From Bdellovibrionales bacterium (GTDB lineage: Bacteria > Bdellovibrionota > Bdellovibrionia > Bdellovibrionales > UBA1609): DNA of 64,000 nucleotides. The DNA lies in contig DAHVQG010000006.1 of NCBI GenBank assembly GCA_027317865.1, forward strand, positions 1 to 64,000. Direction: 5' to 3'. The notes beneath the pieces are model-generated. The model did not search any database. It saw only the letters and a list, made by a program, of their open reading frames with translations, and had not been told where the DNA came from. Shown here piece by piece: positions 1-12,261 of the stretch (positions within the stretch are counted from its first letter, which is position 1; each line of letters begins with the position of its first letter). A program made the position numbers and the translations under genes.

Positions 1-350
1 TGAATTTCATGACACCATCGACGCAAGGTTTGGTATTTAATTTGAATGCCTTCTTGCAAAAGCTTTTCTTGTAAGTGGCAAATATTAAAATCGAAGTATT
101 TCTCCTGTGCCAGTTTTTGAACTTGTCTTTTTAACTCCATAGGAATTTTATTTCTTGGCCTTCTTCGAAGATTACCATGCCTTATAAAGCCGATCCCTTG
201 TCGTCTGTACTTATGCACATAACGGCGTACCGTTCGCTCCGAGACCTGCAATATTTTTTGAGCCTCTTTCTGACTCATTTGCCCACCCGTAATTTTGTAA
301 ACAATCTCCAGCTTGAGCTGATCCTTTGCCTTCAAGATGAACCCCTCCAA
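1..350 (-). CDS. ISNCY/IS1202-like transposase, N-terminal part (runs off window edge)
   Basis: Own translation (absent from ORF track): AAGGAGG RBS then TTG, MEGFILKAKDQLKLEIVYKITGGQMSQKEAQKILQVSERTVRRYVHKYRRQGIGFIRHGNLRRRPRNK...EKYFDFNICHLQEKLLQEGIQIKYQTLRRWCHEI; HTH plus HGN..R.P.NK and KY.DFN motifs typical of this transposase group; open to position 1. Confidence 0.8.
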   Translation of the reverse strand, partial: MEGFILKAKDQLKLEIVYKITGGQMSQKEAQKILQVSERTVRRYVHKYRRQGIGFIRHGNLRRRPRNKIPMELKRQVQKLAQEKYFDFNICHLQEKLLQEGIQIKYQTLRRWCHEI

Positions 351-460
351 GTGCCGCCCTCCTTGATACGAATTGAAGTTAGAATCGTATCAAAATGACG
401 CACTTAAGCGGTCAATTTCCCTGGAAAATTAATCCCGGTCAAAGTCGCTGGATAATTACA
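1..460 (-). mobile_element. Left end of IS1202/ISNCY-like insertion sequence
   Basis: Minus strand begins TGT at 460; two imperfect direct repeats CGGTCAATTTCCCTGGA (409-425) and CGGTCAAAGTCGCTGGA (436-452) upstream of the transposase; inverted repeat TTGATACGA/TCGTATCAA (363-393) next to the RBS. Confidence 0.65.
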
Positions 461-565
461 AATTGAATCAGTTTATATTTCATCGAACATGTTTTAGACA
501 CTGTCATTGCCGTGCACAATTTTGTTCCATGCGAAGCCACCTGCTTAAGATGAAGTGACAAATCT

Positions 566-581
566 CGGCCCAAAAGTTGCA
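566..581 (+). promoter_or_regulatory. sigma54-type -24/-12 promoter
   Basis: CGGCCCAAAAGTTGCA, GG-N10-GC, ending 13 nt before ATG 594. Confidence 0.5.
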
Positions 582-593
582 GTCATTTATAGT

Positions 594-1727
594 ATGAAGC
601 AAAAATTTTGGTCCTTTGCATTTTTATCGCTTGCAGTTGCAACATCGGGTTGTTCAAACGGTTTCAAAGCCGTACTTGGCTCAGCCCAAAATGCTTCATC
701 AACTCAGTCGGTAGGGGCGACAGGCCCGGCTGGCGGTAGCGGCTCCACAAGTGCAAACGGCTCCACAAACGGGAGCGGATCTACAACAACCGGCGTGGGC
801 TTGTCGGCCAAGTATCCTGGCGACGTCGGCATACAATATGATCCGAGCGTCATTAACTATACGAATTTCGAAAACGGTTACAACGGTTGGACAAATTACG
901 ACCCCGGCACAATCGGCCGATATATCAACATAGTGGATAACCCGGCGATGGCCAACGGCGGTTCGCACTATCTTCAGACGACGGTGACTATGTCGCAACT
1001 CAACAGTAACCTAGGCCCCTATATTTCGGCGTATGTTCAGTATCAACTACCAACACCGGTGCCGGTATTGTACGAGCGAATGTATGTGCAAATTGTCGGC
1101 AACACACTTCATCCGCACCATTGGATTCGCGTAACGGCTGGCAATCCAACCTACAATAGCGACGGTTTAGCCGATACAGTGCCCGGTGGTAATAATGGAT
1201 TTTGGTATAATTTTGACCTGACAAGCAATAACACTTTTTTTTACTACGTCTATTGGTATCTGATGCGATCGGGCCGTTGTAATAACGGAACCGCCGTACC
1301 GGGTTGTGCAGGCGATCAAGGGGTCACCTACTATTACGGCAACGGCTTTAATCCGGCCAACCAAACACCCATGCCGCGAAATAAATGGTTCTGTTTAGAG
1401 CTCGAAACTAAAGTGAATGACGTCGGTCAATCAAATGGGCTTTTAAAATATTGGGTCAACAATCAACTGGTTGGTGATTTTGAACAGGGCACTCCGCTTG
1501 GAACTTGGCTACGCGACCAGTTTTTCACCTTCGGCCAATACGACACGAATCCACAACCATTTTCAGGATTTAATTTTCGCTCGGCAAGCGACGTGCTTAT
1601 AAAGCGCGTTTTACTGGGCTCATATTACCAGGCTAACGACGCCTATATGGCCAATGCGTCGCAAGACCAAACCATTTTGTACGACGACGTTGTATTGGCC
1701 ACTCAACGCATCGGTTGCAAAGACTGA
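594..1727 (+). CDS. Lipoprotein with Gly/Ser/Thr linker and beta-sandwich (polysaccharide lyase/ConA-like) domain
   Basis: Signal peptide with ATSGC lipobox; WFCLELETKVN..G.SNGLLKYWVNNQLV and YDDVVLATQRIG motifs; start moved to MKQKF. Confidence 0.6.
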   Translation: MKQKFWSFAFLSLAVATSGCSNGFKAVLGSAQNASSTQSVGATGPAGGSGSTSANGSTNGSGSTTTGVGLSAKYPGDVGIQYDPSVINYTNFENGYNGWTNYDPGTIGRYINIVDNPAMANGGSHYLQTTVTMSQLNSNLGPYISAYVQYQLPTPVPVLYERMYVQIVGNTLHPHHWIRVTAGNPTYNSDGLADTVPGGNNGFWYNFDLTSNNTFFYYVYWYLMRSGRCNNGTAVPGCAGDQGVTYYYGNGFNPANQTPMPRNKWFCLELETKVNDVGQSNGLLKYWVNNQLVGDFEQGTPLGTWLRDQFFTFGQYDTNPQPFSGFNFRSASDVLIKRVLLGSYYQANDAYMANASQDQTILYDDVVLATQRIGCKD

Positions 1728-1763
1728 CAAAACCGACTGCATACTCTCGCCCTAAGATAGACA

Positions 1764-1779
1764 CGGCCAAATTCGTGCT
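1764..1779 (+). promoter_or_regulatory. sigma54-type promoter candidate
   Basis: CGGCCAAATTCGTGCT, GG-N10-GC, upstream of AGGGGG RBS and ATG 1808. Confidence 0.4.
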
Positions 1780-1807
1780 GCAAAATAAATTCTTAGGGGG
1801 ATCAGTC

Positions 1808-3034
1808 ATGTTCGGCGCCTTTCTGCTCGTCTTTGTCGCATTCTTAGCGGGCTGCTCGGGTGCTAGCAGTTCCAACGCTTACACTCCCGGGAGCACGACC
1901 CGCACTCTAACCAGTTATGTAACTGTGTCGAACACGGCTATTACCACCTATGCGTTTAATACGACCAAGCGTGTCTGTTACCAAATCAGTATGTATACAA
2001 ATCCGTGCGCTACCGCACGCCAAGACCTCGGTTTAAACGGCAACTGGCTCGATTTTTCGTGCAACGTCGTGGAGGGCTTAGCGACTAGCAGTTATGCATC
2101 CACAACGAATATCTTGAATGCAACTTATGTAAGTTTACAAACAGACGACTTGCCCAATTACGACAGCAATTATTATCCCACTTCGGGGTCATATAATTTT
2201 ACGGCGAATGGTTTTACGGTTACGGGACTATTCGACACGCTTTACCAATCGTACACTACGGCCTTCCCCGACCCGAATTCAATTTCGGCGCAAAATGTGA
2301 CGATGTATGTTCCACTCAACCCGACCGAGGCTTCGCCGCCGAAATCACAAACAATGGGCATGGGCGCAGTGGGGATGGCCCTCAACGGCGTCATGATTTT
2401 TGACGATGTCGCGGCCGGGACCGACAATATTTTTGCTGAAGACGGCTCGTTCGACCAATGCGGCGGCCACCCGCAAAGTAACGGCGAATATCATTATCAC
2501 GGTGAACCGTTTGCTTTAAGTTACAACGACGATCGGCTTATAGGTGTCATGCGCGATGGATTTTTCATTTATGGCCGAAACGACAATTCAAATTACACAA
2601 GCGATTATGCGAGCTCAACGTACATAATCGAACCCGGTAGTATAGCTAACGGTTACCGTGACAACGGTTTATCGAGTCAAGGCGGCGACACGCTCACGGG
2701 AACATCAAGCGATATGTACATTTACGGCGGTCACGTCGGCGTGCCACCGACAGGTGGTCAGTCGATATTTCATTATCACTTAACGGAATGGAAGGCCTGC
2801 TACGATGAATCCGGTGGAACAAAATCGGCCGACGATGGCGAAACTTACGATTCATATAATACTCCAACGGGAACTTGTTCCGGCCAATGGGTTGATGCGT
2901 GGCTACTCACCGGCCACGGTAACGGTGGAGTTTTTCAGACGCTGCCCTCAGGTTTAACCGGGCAAACACCATCGCAATCCACGACCGCCATTCGTTATTA
3001 CTACGGCACGCCCGCAAACTGCACCGGTTGCTGA
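1808..3034 (+). CDS. YHYH-domain lipoprotein
   Basis: LAGC lipobox; GAVGMALNGVMIF, DQCGGHP, YHYHG, DGFFIYG and FHYH motifs; start at ATG 1808 after RBS. Confidence 0.8.
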   Translation: MFGAFLLVFVAFLAGCSGASSSNAYTPGSTTRTLTSYVTVSNTAITTYAFNTTKRVCYQISMYTNPCATARQDLGLNGNWLDFSCNVVEGLATSSYASTTNILNATYVSLQTDDLPNYDSNYYPTSGSYNFTANGFTVTGLFDTLYQSYTTAFPDPNSISAQNVTMYVPLNPTEASPPKSQTMGMGAVGMALNGVMIFDDVAAGTDNIFAEDGSFDQCGGHPQSNGEYHYHGEPFALSYNDDRLIGVMRDGFFIYGRNDNSNYTSDYASSTYIIEPGSIANGYRDNGLSSQGGDTLTGTSSDMYIYGGHVGVPPTGGQSIFHYHLTEWKACYDESGGTKSADDGETYDSYNTPTGTCSGQWVDAWLLTGHGNGGVFQTLPSGLTGQTPSQSTTAIRYYYGTPANCTGC

Positions 3035-3041
3035 GACTAGA

Positions 3042-3512
3042 TTAATTTCGTTTACTGTTAATTATTATACGAAGAATATTTGACCCCAAATTATATTTGG
3101 GCGGTAGACACTCAAAATTTATAGATCGCTTTTGCGACGGCAATTGCGCGTACCCGGTAAAAGGCCCATCCCCAGCATTATTGCTGACATAAAAAATCGG
3201 GAGTCGGTTCTTAAAGACAGCGGCGGCTTCGCTTGACTCAACAGAGTCGACAAAATACTTACCGACGATGCTTTCAACGACTTTATTATTAACGATGTTT
3301 AAAACGCTCGTCGCGTTGGTATCAAGCGCGAGACTGCTTCCGACTGTATTAGCTTCAACCAATATTTTGGCACCTTTAGCGTATGGGCAGGTCCACAGTA
3401 CAACCTTATGCGAAACGGTTTGAGCCCCCGCCGTTTGAATTGCCGCCAACGTGACGGTCATCACTGAAACTAAAATTGTAACTGTCAACTTTATCGCTTT
3501 TATCACTGGCAA
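3042..3512 (-). CDS. Hypothetical secreted protein
   Basis: N-terminal hydrophobic signal-like segment; fills the gap between genes. Confidence 0.55.
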   Translation of the reverse strand: MPVIKAIKLTVTILVSVMTVTLAAIQTAGAQTVSHKVVLWTCPYAKGAKILVEANTVGSSLALDTNATSVLNIVNNKVVESIVGKYFVDSVESSEAAAVFKNRLPIFYVSNNAGDGPFTGYAQLPSQKRSINFECLPPKYNLGSNILRIIINSKRN

Positions 3513-3725
3513 CCCCCTTAGGTGATTATAGCCGAACTGGTCGCGAGTCTAACGTTACAATCGCGAAGGCATCAAGAACTTTGTGCAATGTTGAAACCAT
3601 TACGGTTTCAACCCAAAAATTGCAGTGATTCGACATTACAATTTTCAAAAATGGTGACAAAATGCGGCTCTGGCACAACACTAAAACGAACAAACTGCGG
3701 GAACAAAAAGCGAACCGAGTGACCA

Positions 3726-4829
3726 ATGGCACAGCTATTTGACGAATTTAAATTTAAGTCGGGAAAATCGGCTAAAAATCGCGTCGTCCTTGCACCTATG
3801 ACGAATTTGCAAAGTCCAACCACTCAGTTAAGCGACGAAGAATACAAATGGCTTTTGTTGCGTATACGCGGTGGATTTGGAGTGGTCACAACTTGCGCAA
3901 CCCATGTGATGAAAACAGCACAAGCGTGGCCAGGTGAACTCGGAATTTACAGCGACCAACACATCGCCGGTTTTCGGCGTCTGGCCGAGGTGGGGCACAA
4001 AGAGAATTGCTTGATTATACCACAACTGTTTCACGGCGGATTTCGCTGCCCGTCGAATCTCACGGGCGTGCAACCGGTTTCAGCAAGCGAATTCGTTATC
4101 GAAATGCCAAATTTTGAAAAGCCGCGCGCTCTTGAACTAAATGAAATTGCCGAGATAGAAAATGCCTTCGCTCAAGCGGCCCGCCGAGCGATCACCGCCG
4201 GTACGGCTGGCGTCGAGATTCACGGCGCTAACGGATATTTATTTTCGCAATTTCTCAGCCCGCTTACCAATTTCCGCGCCGACAAATATGGCGGGACGTT
4301 AGAAAACCGCGCGCGCATTTTAATCGAAACCATAACTCAGGTACGCGCGGCAATTGGCGATAAAAATATTTTAGGCGTGCGAATTTCGCCGGAAGACACG
4401 AATCTCTTAACTCTAGACTTCGATGAAATGCTTGCGTTTGCGACTCAACTTTCTCAACTCAAATTGGACTACATTTCGTTGTCACTGCGTGAGGCGCGAA
4501 AGTCGCCGATTAAGTATCCGAATTCGCGCGAAACTGTGCTTGCGCGTTTTCGAAAAGTCGTCCCGTCAGAAATTGCACTAACCGTATCAGGTCAGATATG
4601 GAGCGAAGCTGACGCCACAGCCGCTCTAAACGAAGGCGCCGATTTTGTGGCGCTAGGGGCTAGCGCAATTGCCAACCCTTCTTGGCCAAATAATTTGCGA
4701 CAGGCGCAAGAACATCAAGTTGCGTTCGAGCCGCGACGCTTTCCGCTGACTGTTGAAGAATTGGGCGAGTGCGGCGTAAGTGAACCACTTCTGAAATACC
4801 TATCAAGCCGCTGGAATTTTGTTAAATAA
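3726..4829 (+). CDS. NADH:flavin oxidoreductase (Old Yellow Enzyme family)
   Basis: NRVVLAPMT, QLFHGG, GVEIHGANGYLFSQFLSP..N.R.DKYGG. Confidence 0.95.
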   Translation: MAQLFDEFKFKSGKSAKNRVVLAPMTNLQSPTTQLSDEEYKWLLLRIRGGFGVVTTCATHVMKTAQAWPGELGIYSDQHIAGFRRLAEVGHKENCLIIPQLFHGGFRCPSNLTGVQPVSASEFVIEMPNFEKPRALELNEIAEIENAFAQAARRAITAGTAGVEIHGANGYLFSQFLSPLTNFRADKYGGTLENRARILIETITQVRAAIGDKNILGVRISPEDTNLLTLDFDEMLAFATQLSQLKLDYISLSLREARKSPIKYPNSRETVLARFRKVVPSEIALTVSGQIWSEADATAALNEGADFVALGASAIANPSWPNNLRQAQEHQVAFEPRRFPLTVEELGECGVSEPLLKYLSSRWNFVK

Positions 4830-4943
4830 CCATACCTTAAGCAATCGGCCCATAAAACCTTTACAATAAGTCTCAAAAAACATGAACCGGATTGCTTCGC
4901 AGCACCTACACGTGCGGAAAATGACAATCGCAGGGGGGATAAA

Positions 4944-5954
4944 ATGCGGTTTTTCATTTTGGCGGTTTTTCTTTTCGGTGGTCTTTGTGCTCAAGCGCAA
5001 AAACTAAATTTAGTTAATTATGGGCAAAATCAGGAATATACAAACGGCTGGTTTGGTTCAACCGATCCCCGACAAGTAGCGAATGACACGCAACCCGGTG
5101 AATTGGCCGTGCATAAATTGCTTGTTGATGGCGGCTGGTGTTCTGCTGTGATGATTGGCCCACAGTGGGCCGTAACCGCTGCCCATTGCGTAAAAGACGA
5201 CCCCGTTGCCATTCAGTTTTATCGTGACAATCAAGCTGGGCCGACAATTGAAATCGATCACAGTTGGTACGGCCGCTATGCCCGATTTTTGACCTCCGAT
5301 TCAATTGAATTTTTATATCAAGATTTCGGCGTTGTACATTTGCAATCCCCTGCCCCCAAATGGGTGAAATTTGCGCAGATCGCGCAGCCTGATGAATTGT
5401 ATGCGGGCGAGCCGGCAAAGTCCGTCGGATTTCCGCGCAACCGCTTCGGTGGCGATATCAAAGTGCGCGCCGGTAATTGCAGCGTTCGCCGCCTGTTTTA
5501 TGATGCAATACTCAGCGATTGCGCGATTTCGGGCGGGAGTTCCGGTGGCGCGTTGTTTGTTTACACTCGGTCTGGCAAATGGAAGTTAGGCGGCATCACA
5601 TCAAGTGAATATGCTTATACACGCTTTGGACAACAATTCACGCTTCACGGCGGCCCTTATACAGACCCGACAGCCAACCGTTTCGTTAACATCACCTACT
5701 ATTCAGGCCGCATTGCTAATACCATAATGAATTATGACCACGAAACATTGCCGACCCTCCGCGCCAGTTTGACCTATCCGGTGCAATGCCTCACCCGGTT
5801 TACCGACGTAAACTGGAAGTCGATTTATGGTTACGAACTCAACGACTGCGAGGAAGTTCAGTCGCCAACGCAACTCGAATGCGTCTCAAAATTCTTTCGT
5901 GGTACTACAGTTCCGACTTCGCAAAACTATCAAAGTTGCCTGAATACAAAATGA
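4944..5954 (+). CDS. Secreted trypsin-like serine protease
   Basis: Signal peptide; TAAHC, QDFG, GSSGG catalytic triad motifs; Cys-rich C-terminal tail. Confidence 0.9.
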   Translation: MRFFILAVFLFGGLCAQAQKLNLVNYGQNQEYTNGWFGSTDPRQVANDTQPGELAVHKLLVDGGWCSAVMIGPQWAVTAAHCVKDDPVAIQFYRDNQAGPTIEIDHSWYGRYARFLTSDSIEFLYQDFGVVHLQSPAPKWVKFAQIAQPDELYAGEPAKSVGFPRNRFGGDIKVRAGNCSVRRLFYDAILSDCAISGGSSGGALFVYTRSGKWKLGGITSSEYAYTRFGQQFTLHGGPYTDPTANRFVNITYYSGRIANTIMNYDHETLPTLRASLTYPVQCLTRFTDVNWKSIYGYELNDCEEVQSPTQLECVSKFFRGTTVPTSQNYQSCLNTK

Positions 5955-7393
5955 AAAAAATTGTTTGGATAATTGGCATTTTATTTCTTTGTGCGGGTTG
6001 CACGACTCAACCGTTACGCTTTACCCAATTCAACAGTCCAAGCCGGATCCCGGCAAATGAAAAGAAACCGACTCTCTCCGTACTTTTTGTCAGCGATATC
6101 CACTTTAATTCTCTGGCCGATCCGACTCTTGTCCCGACTTTGATTTCATCGCCAGTCTCGAAATGGAAGACTGTTTTTGTGACCGCCAAAAATCAACACG
6201 TTAACAGTTACGGCGCTGATACCGACTATTCACTTTTGATGTCGGCCATGTCCGCCATGAAAGCGGCACTCCCCCATCCTGATTTGATCGTTCTCGGAGG
6301 AGATTTTATTGCCCACAAATTTCACCAGAAATTTCGCCAGGTCGTTCCCCATGCAAGCCGCAAGGAGTACGCCGATTTTTTTAATAAGACGGAACAATTC
6401 TTAGCTCGTTTGTTCATTAAAAACTTTCCGCAGACGCAAATTTTACCGGTACTTGGCAATAATGATGCCCCATGCGGCGATTACAAGTCGCAACCGCAAG
6501 GCTCTTACCTTCGCGCATTTGCGAGGGCCTGGCAACCCGCCGTAAACAGGTTTGGCGGCGCCCCTGACTTTGTCGCGCAATTTTCCAAAGACGGGTTTTA
6601 CTCGGCAACCGTACGCAAAGACAAGACCGCGCTACGCGTGCTCGCTTTAAACGACGACTTTTGGATGAGTCATTACAAGAACAAGTGCGGCATTCCGAGC
6701 TATAATGCCGGCCCGACTGAACTCCACTGGTTGAATCAGAAGTTGCAAATGAGTTCGAACATTCACGAGCCAGTTTGGCTGATGACGCACGGACCAGCAG
6801 GACTTAATTTATATTCGACATTTCATTTTCATCCCACATTTTGCCACACTCATCTAGTTTCAATGATTTACAAAGAGCCTTATAATTCACAGTTCATTAG
6901 TTTAGTAAACAAGTACGCCAATACCATTCGCGTGATGCTTGCCGGCCACACACACATGAACGAATTTCGCGTTTACGGCGCCAACGACAAAACGCCCGTA
7001 GTTCAGTTCATTGACCCGGCGGTCAGCCCGATTTATAAAAACAACCCGGCATTTGACGTACTTTCGGTTGAACCGAAGACCTTCGCCGTACTCGATGTAA
7101 AAACGTACTCTCTGAACCTGGCGGCGGTTCTTGCTGGCTCGCTCAATTCAAAAAGGCCCTGGGTTCCGATCAGCGATTTGGATCGCGAATTTGATCTAAA
7201 AAGCGCTTCTGGGAGATCACTTGAAATACTCGACAAAGAACTAACAAATAATAACAATTTGTTTAACCTATACGCGTTCCGATTTATGTCTGAAAGTCCA
7301 TTTCACGGTTTTGCAACGAAAAATCGGACGGCCTATGCGTGCGGCTTATTACACTTCACTGCCGAAGGTTTTTCACACTGCGCTTGCAAATGA
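5951..7393 (+). CDS. Metallophosphoesterase lipoprotein (acid sphingomyelinase-like phosphodiesterase)
   Basis: SDIH, GGDFIAH, LGNND, MTH, AGHTH, SPIYKNNP motifs; CAGC lipobox; ATGA overlap with the protease stop codon. Confidence 0.85.
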   Translation: MKKIVWIIGILFLCAGCTTQPLRFTQFNSPSRIPANEKKPTLSVLFVSDIHFNSLADPTLVPTLISSPVSKWKTVFVTAKNQHVNSYGADTDYSLLMSAMSAMKAALPHPDLIVLGGDFIAHKFHQKFRQVVPHASRKEYADFFNKTEQFLARLFIKNFPQTQILPVLGNNDAPCGDYKSQPQGSYLRAFARAWQPAVNRFGGAPDFVAQFSKDGFYSATVRKDKTALRVLALNDDFWMSHYKNKCGIPSYNAGPTELHWLNQKLQMSSNIHEPVWLMTHGPAGLNLYSTFHFHPTFCHTHLVSMIYKEPYNSQFISLVNKYANTIRVMLAGHTHMNEFRVYGANDKTPVVQFIDPAVSPIYKNNPAFDVLSVEPKTFAVLDVKTYSLNLAAVLAGSLNSKRPWVPISDLDREFDLKSASGRSLEILDKELTNNNNLFNLYAFRFMSESPFHGFATKNRTAYACGLLHFTAEGFSHCACK

Positions 7394-7409
7394 TTGCTTT
7401 CACGTTCAC

Positions 7410-8285
7410 TTAGGGGGCGCCGGGGTGAGCGGCATCGAATTGATCTTCCGCATTTTCATTGAAGCGAATCACGGCGCTTTGGCTCCCTTCAAACGACGCC
7501 GTATAGTCGAAGCTCAAAGCACTTAAGCCAAGAAATGCGAGTGCCCCAAGCGGCCAAGTGATATGGCCATTTTGTATTCCGTAGTAAGTCGGATAAATGA
7601 CGGCCGCACTCGCCACAAGCGCCGTTATCAGCCGCTCCCATCCGCCTTTTTCGTCGCCGGCGTAGAACTCGCCCCAACCGGGAATAATCGACCGGTCAGT
7701 TGCGCCGTCCTTTGAACGCCACGGAACATGCTTCGCCTCCATCGCGTATTTTGCAAGTTTTGAATGAGGTGCTTCTTTGATTAGTTCATCAAACGGTTCA
7801 TTTGGGTTCTTGTACGGAAACCCGTGCACACCCACCGAACGGTATGCCCAGCCCAAACGATAAAGGGTTAGATCGCGCAATTTCGTATGCGGATATTCCG
7901 ATAAAAAGCTCTCCCAAAGCTGAACGGCAGCATCGGGAGCGCGAACCCTGAAATTATATAAGTCAAATGACCCGGCCAGCGCTTGAAAACCCGGAAATTC
8001 CGTCACCGCAGCAGCGGCTTCGGCAAGAAATGGTTTAACTCCCCGATGAAGTTCTTGAAAGCGATATTGATACATCGCTTCGCCTTGCAGAAAAAAATCG
8101 CGCTGTGCCGCTGGGGCATGAGTCGCATCGACAATACGAACCGTGTGCGCGAATCTCTTTCTTGCATTCGAAAAAATGGGGTCATTCGGCTTTATTAAAA
8201 CAGACTGACTCGAACAGGCACACAAAAATAAAAACGCGATACATAGTCCGAAACGAATGGGTGAGATGCTTAGTTTCAAATTCAA
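7410..8285 (-). CDS. Lipoprotein with TPR/BamD-like helical segment and C-terminal hydrophobic helices
   Basis: LCAC lipobox; FLSEYPHTKLRDLTLYRLGWAY; IIPGWGEFYAG motif. Confidence 0.6.
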   Translation of the reverse strand: MNLKLSISPIRFGLCIAFLFLCACSSQSVLIKPNDPIFSNARKRFAHTVRIVDATHAPAAQRDFFLQGEAMYQYRFQELHRGVKPFLAEAAAAVTEFPGFQALAGSFDLYNFRVRAPDAAVQLWESFLSEYPHTKLRDLTLYRLGWAYRSVGVHGFPYKNPNEPFDELIKEAPHSKLAKYAMEAKHVPWRSKDGATDRSIIPGWGEFYAGDEKGGWERLITALVASAAVIYPTYYGIQNGHITWPLGALAFLGLSALSFDYTASFEGSQSAVIRFNENAEDQFDAAHPGAP

Positions 8286-8388
8286 ACGTTATCCGATGCG
8301 CGGGTTATATGCTCCCTTAACCTTTAGCATAGTTTGCCGGCATAATGTAATTCCAATTAAGTAATACCGCCTTAACATTACTAAAGCG

Positions 8389-10432
<2,044 letters not shown>

Positions 10433-10712
10433 GATGTCTCCTCGTAGTTGGTAGGTGGCACAAACACAGCAGCCGGACTTTTCGACAAAATATTATTGTT
10501 GTTAATTGACTATTAAATCAATCACGAACAGGTCGTGATGCACCGAGAATTTTTACACTCTCGATATGGTAACGTGCTAACAGTTTACAAAGGTAAATTA
10601 CTGAAGGTAAAAAAGTAACTCGATATCCTCGCTATTGTAATGGCCCGGCCGATAGGCTATAAATTTTCGTCGCGCTCTGGCGGTAGAATTTGCTTAGCGT
10701 GGAGGTTAGAAA

Positions 10713-11057
10713 ATGAAATCCATTTTGATGTTCAGTTTTTTTGCTTTTGTTCTGTCATTATCCACAATAACTTTTGCGCAAACAGCGGTGAATGGCCAAC
10801 GCTATCAATACCACCTTTCTCAAGTGGCCACCGCTTGGGGTTACCCTTCGGACGAACGATCCATACTAAAGGCTCAAAACAAAGCTTTGAAAGCGGCTCA
10901 AGATTTCTGTAACGAAGACGACCAAATTCTCGATGTTAACGGCTATCAAACGAGTGCCGACGAGTTGTTCAGCGGAATAACTCATACTACGACTCGAGTG
11001 TATATATATTTCGATTGTATTAGTTCTGCAGGGTCTAAATGTAACGATATACTATAA
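10713..11057 (+). CDS. Small secreted hypothetical protein
   Basis: GGAGG RBS; signal peptide ending TFA. Confidence 0.65.
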   Translation: MKSILMFSFFAFVLSLSTITFAQTAVNGQRYQYHLSQVATAWGYPSDERSILKAQNKALKAAQDFCNEDDQILDVNGYQTSADELFSGITHTTTRVYIYFDCISSAGSKCNDIL

Positions 11058-11086
11058 TGGGCCCGTGTAACGGTGAATTCTTCACC

Positions 11087-11950
11087 TTACCACGCGCTAC
11101 CGTTGCTTGAAAGATACCCGCTGTATTGCCCGCCGGCGGAAAAGTTAAACGTTTTTCCGAACCAACTCCATTGGGCCACGCCATTATAGTAGTTATATTG
11201 CGCAGTTGATCCAGACAACGTAACGCCGTTTACGGTAATTGAAACAAGCGACGATTGCCCCGGGTCGGCCGTGAAATTGCCGAGAGCCAAATATGCTCCG
11301 CTTGAATCTTGCGCCACTTGCACTGGGGCGATACCGTTGACAAAACCCGTGTCTGAATTAAGCGCTCCACCTGAATAAGCAAAATGTTGAGTGGCGTAGC
11401 CCACACCACCGCCCCACTGGTTTGAATATTTGAGGTCTTCGGCCGTAATCGAAATCGCCGTCGCAGAATAAGTGAAAGCTATATTTACACTCGCCGTTGC
11501 GGTCTGCCCGTTTGCATCCGTAATCGTGCAAGTTGCCACGCCGGTGTCGGTATTACCCGGCGACACGCCAGTAGCGGAAAAATCGCTTGTAGCAGAATTA
11601 GATGATCCAATCGTTGCAGTGGCACCATCCGCGTTCGTCGCCCATGAAAACGACCAGTTGTAATTGTACGGCGCTACACCTCCGCTCACGTTGACCGTCG
11701 CAGAATTTGTTGTGAGAAGCGTCGTGCCCGAATTCGCGGATAGGGTCGACGGATTAATACTGGCGGTTAGGGGCGCGGCAGTGGGCCCAACTGGCAACGA
11801 TGCGTTTGAGGTTTGTTGCCCAGGTTGTGACAGATTTGGATTTTTCGCACAGTTTTGAAACAAAAAGCCGATGGCCACAACGGCTGTTAAAATAGCGACC
11901 GATTGCCATATCTTTTTTCGCCATCTGTTCAATTTAATCACGTTAATCAC
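11087..11950 (-). CDS. FQNC-type lipoprotein with Ig-like beta-rich domain
   Basis: FLFQNC after hydrophobic helix; VSGGVAPYNYNW, CTITDANG. Confidence 0.7.
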   Translation of the reverse strand: MINVIKLNRWRKKIWQSVAILTAVVAIGFLFQNCAKNPNLSQPGQQTSNASLPVGPTAAPLTASINPSTLSANSGTTLLTTNSATVNVSGGVAPYNYNWSFSWATNADGATATIGSSNSATSDFSATGVSPGNTDTGVATCTITDANGQTATASVNIAFTYSATAISITAEDLKYSNQWGGGVGYATQHFAYSGGALNSDTGFVNGIAPVQVAQDSSGAYLALGNFTADPGQSSLVSITVNGVTLSGSTAQYNYYNGVAQWSWFGKTFNFSAGGQYSGYLSSNGSAW

Positions 11951-11975
11951 GAAAATCCCCCTAACCCATTATTAT

Positions 11976-11991
11976 TGCAGAAATCGGACCA
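11976..11991 (-). promoter_or_regulatory. sigma54-type promoter
   Basis: TGGTCCGATTTCTGCA on minus strand, GG-N10-GC, 25 nt upstream of the start codon. Confidence 0.5.
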
Positions 11992-12261
11992 AATGAGCGC
12001 AACTTTACGCGATTTAGTTGTCAAATCATTCAGCAACTGACCATTAGTCCCTTTACGTATCAAATTGAGTCAGTATAGGTTTTGCCTCCGATCACCGTGC
12101 TCCAACTTACTCCGAAGCCATGATGTCGCTCTTAACCATGTAAAAATCGACTATTCCAAGTGCCAGATTGACGTTCGTCTTGTGCACTGGCGGCCGGCAT
12201 GCTACACGTCTATGCATTCTCTTTAATTTTGCCTCTACCTCTTCTTCAAAGGATCAAAACA

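Noticed and set aside
50-70. Possible frameshift in the transposase
   Set aside because: Re-reading gives CAA GAA AAG CTT TTG CAA GAA GGC; the frame is continuous.
177-398. 73-aa plus-strand ORF
   Set aside because: Antisense shadow of the minus-strand transposase.
461-490. Xer/dif-like target beside the IS end
   Set aside because: Poor match to XerC/XerD half-sites.
10678-10694. sigma54-like TGGCGGTAGAATTTGCT
   Set aside because: GG-GC spacing is 11, not the required 10.
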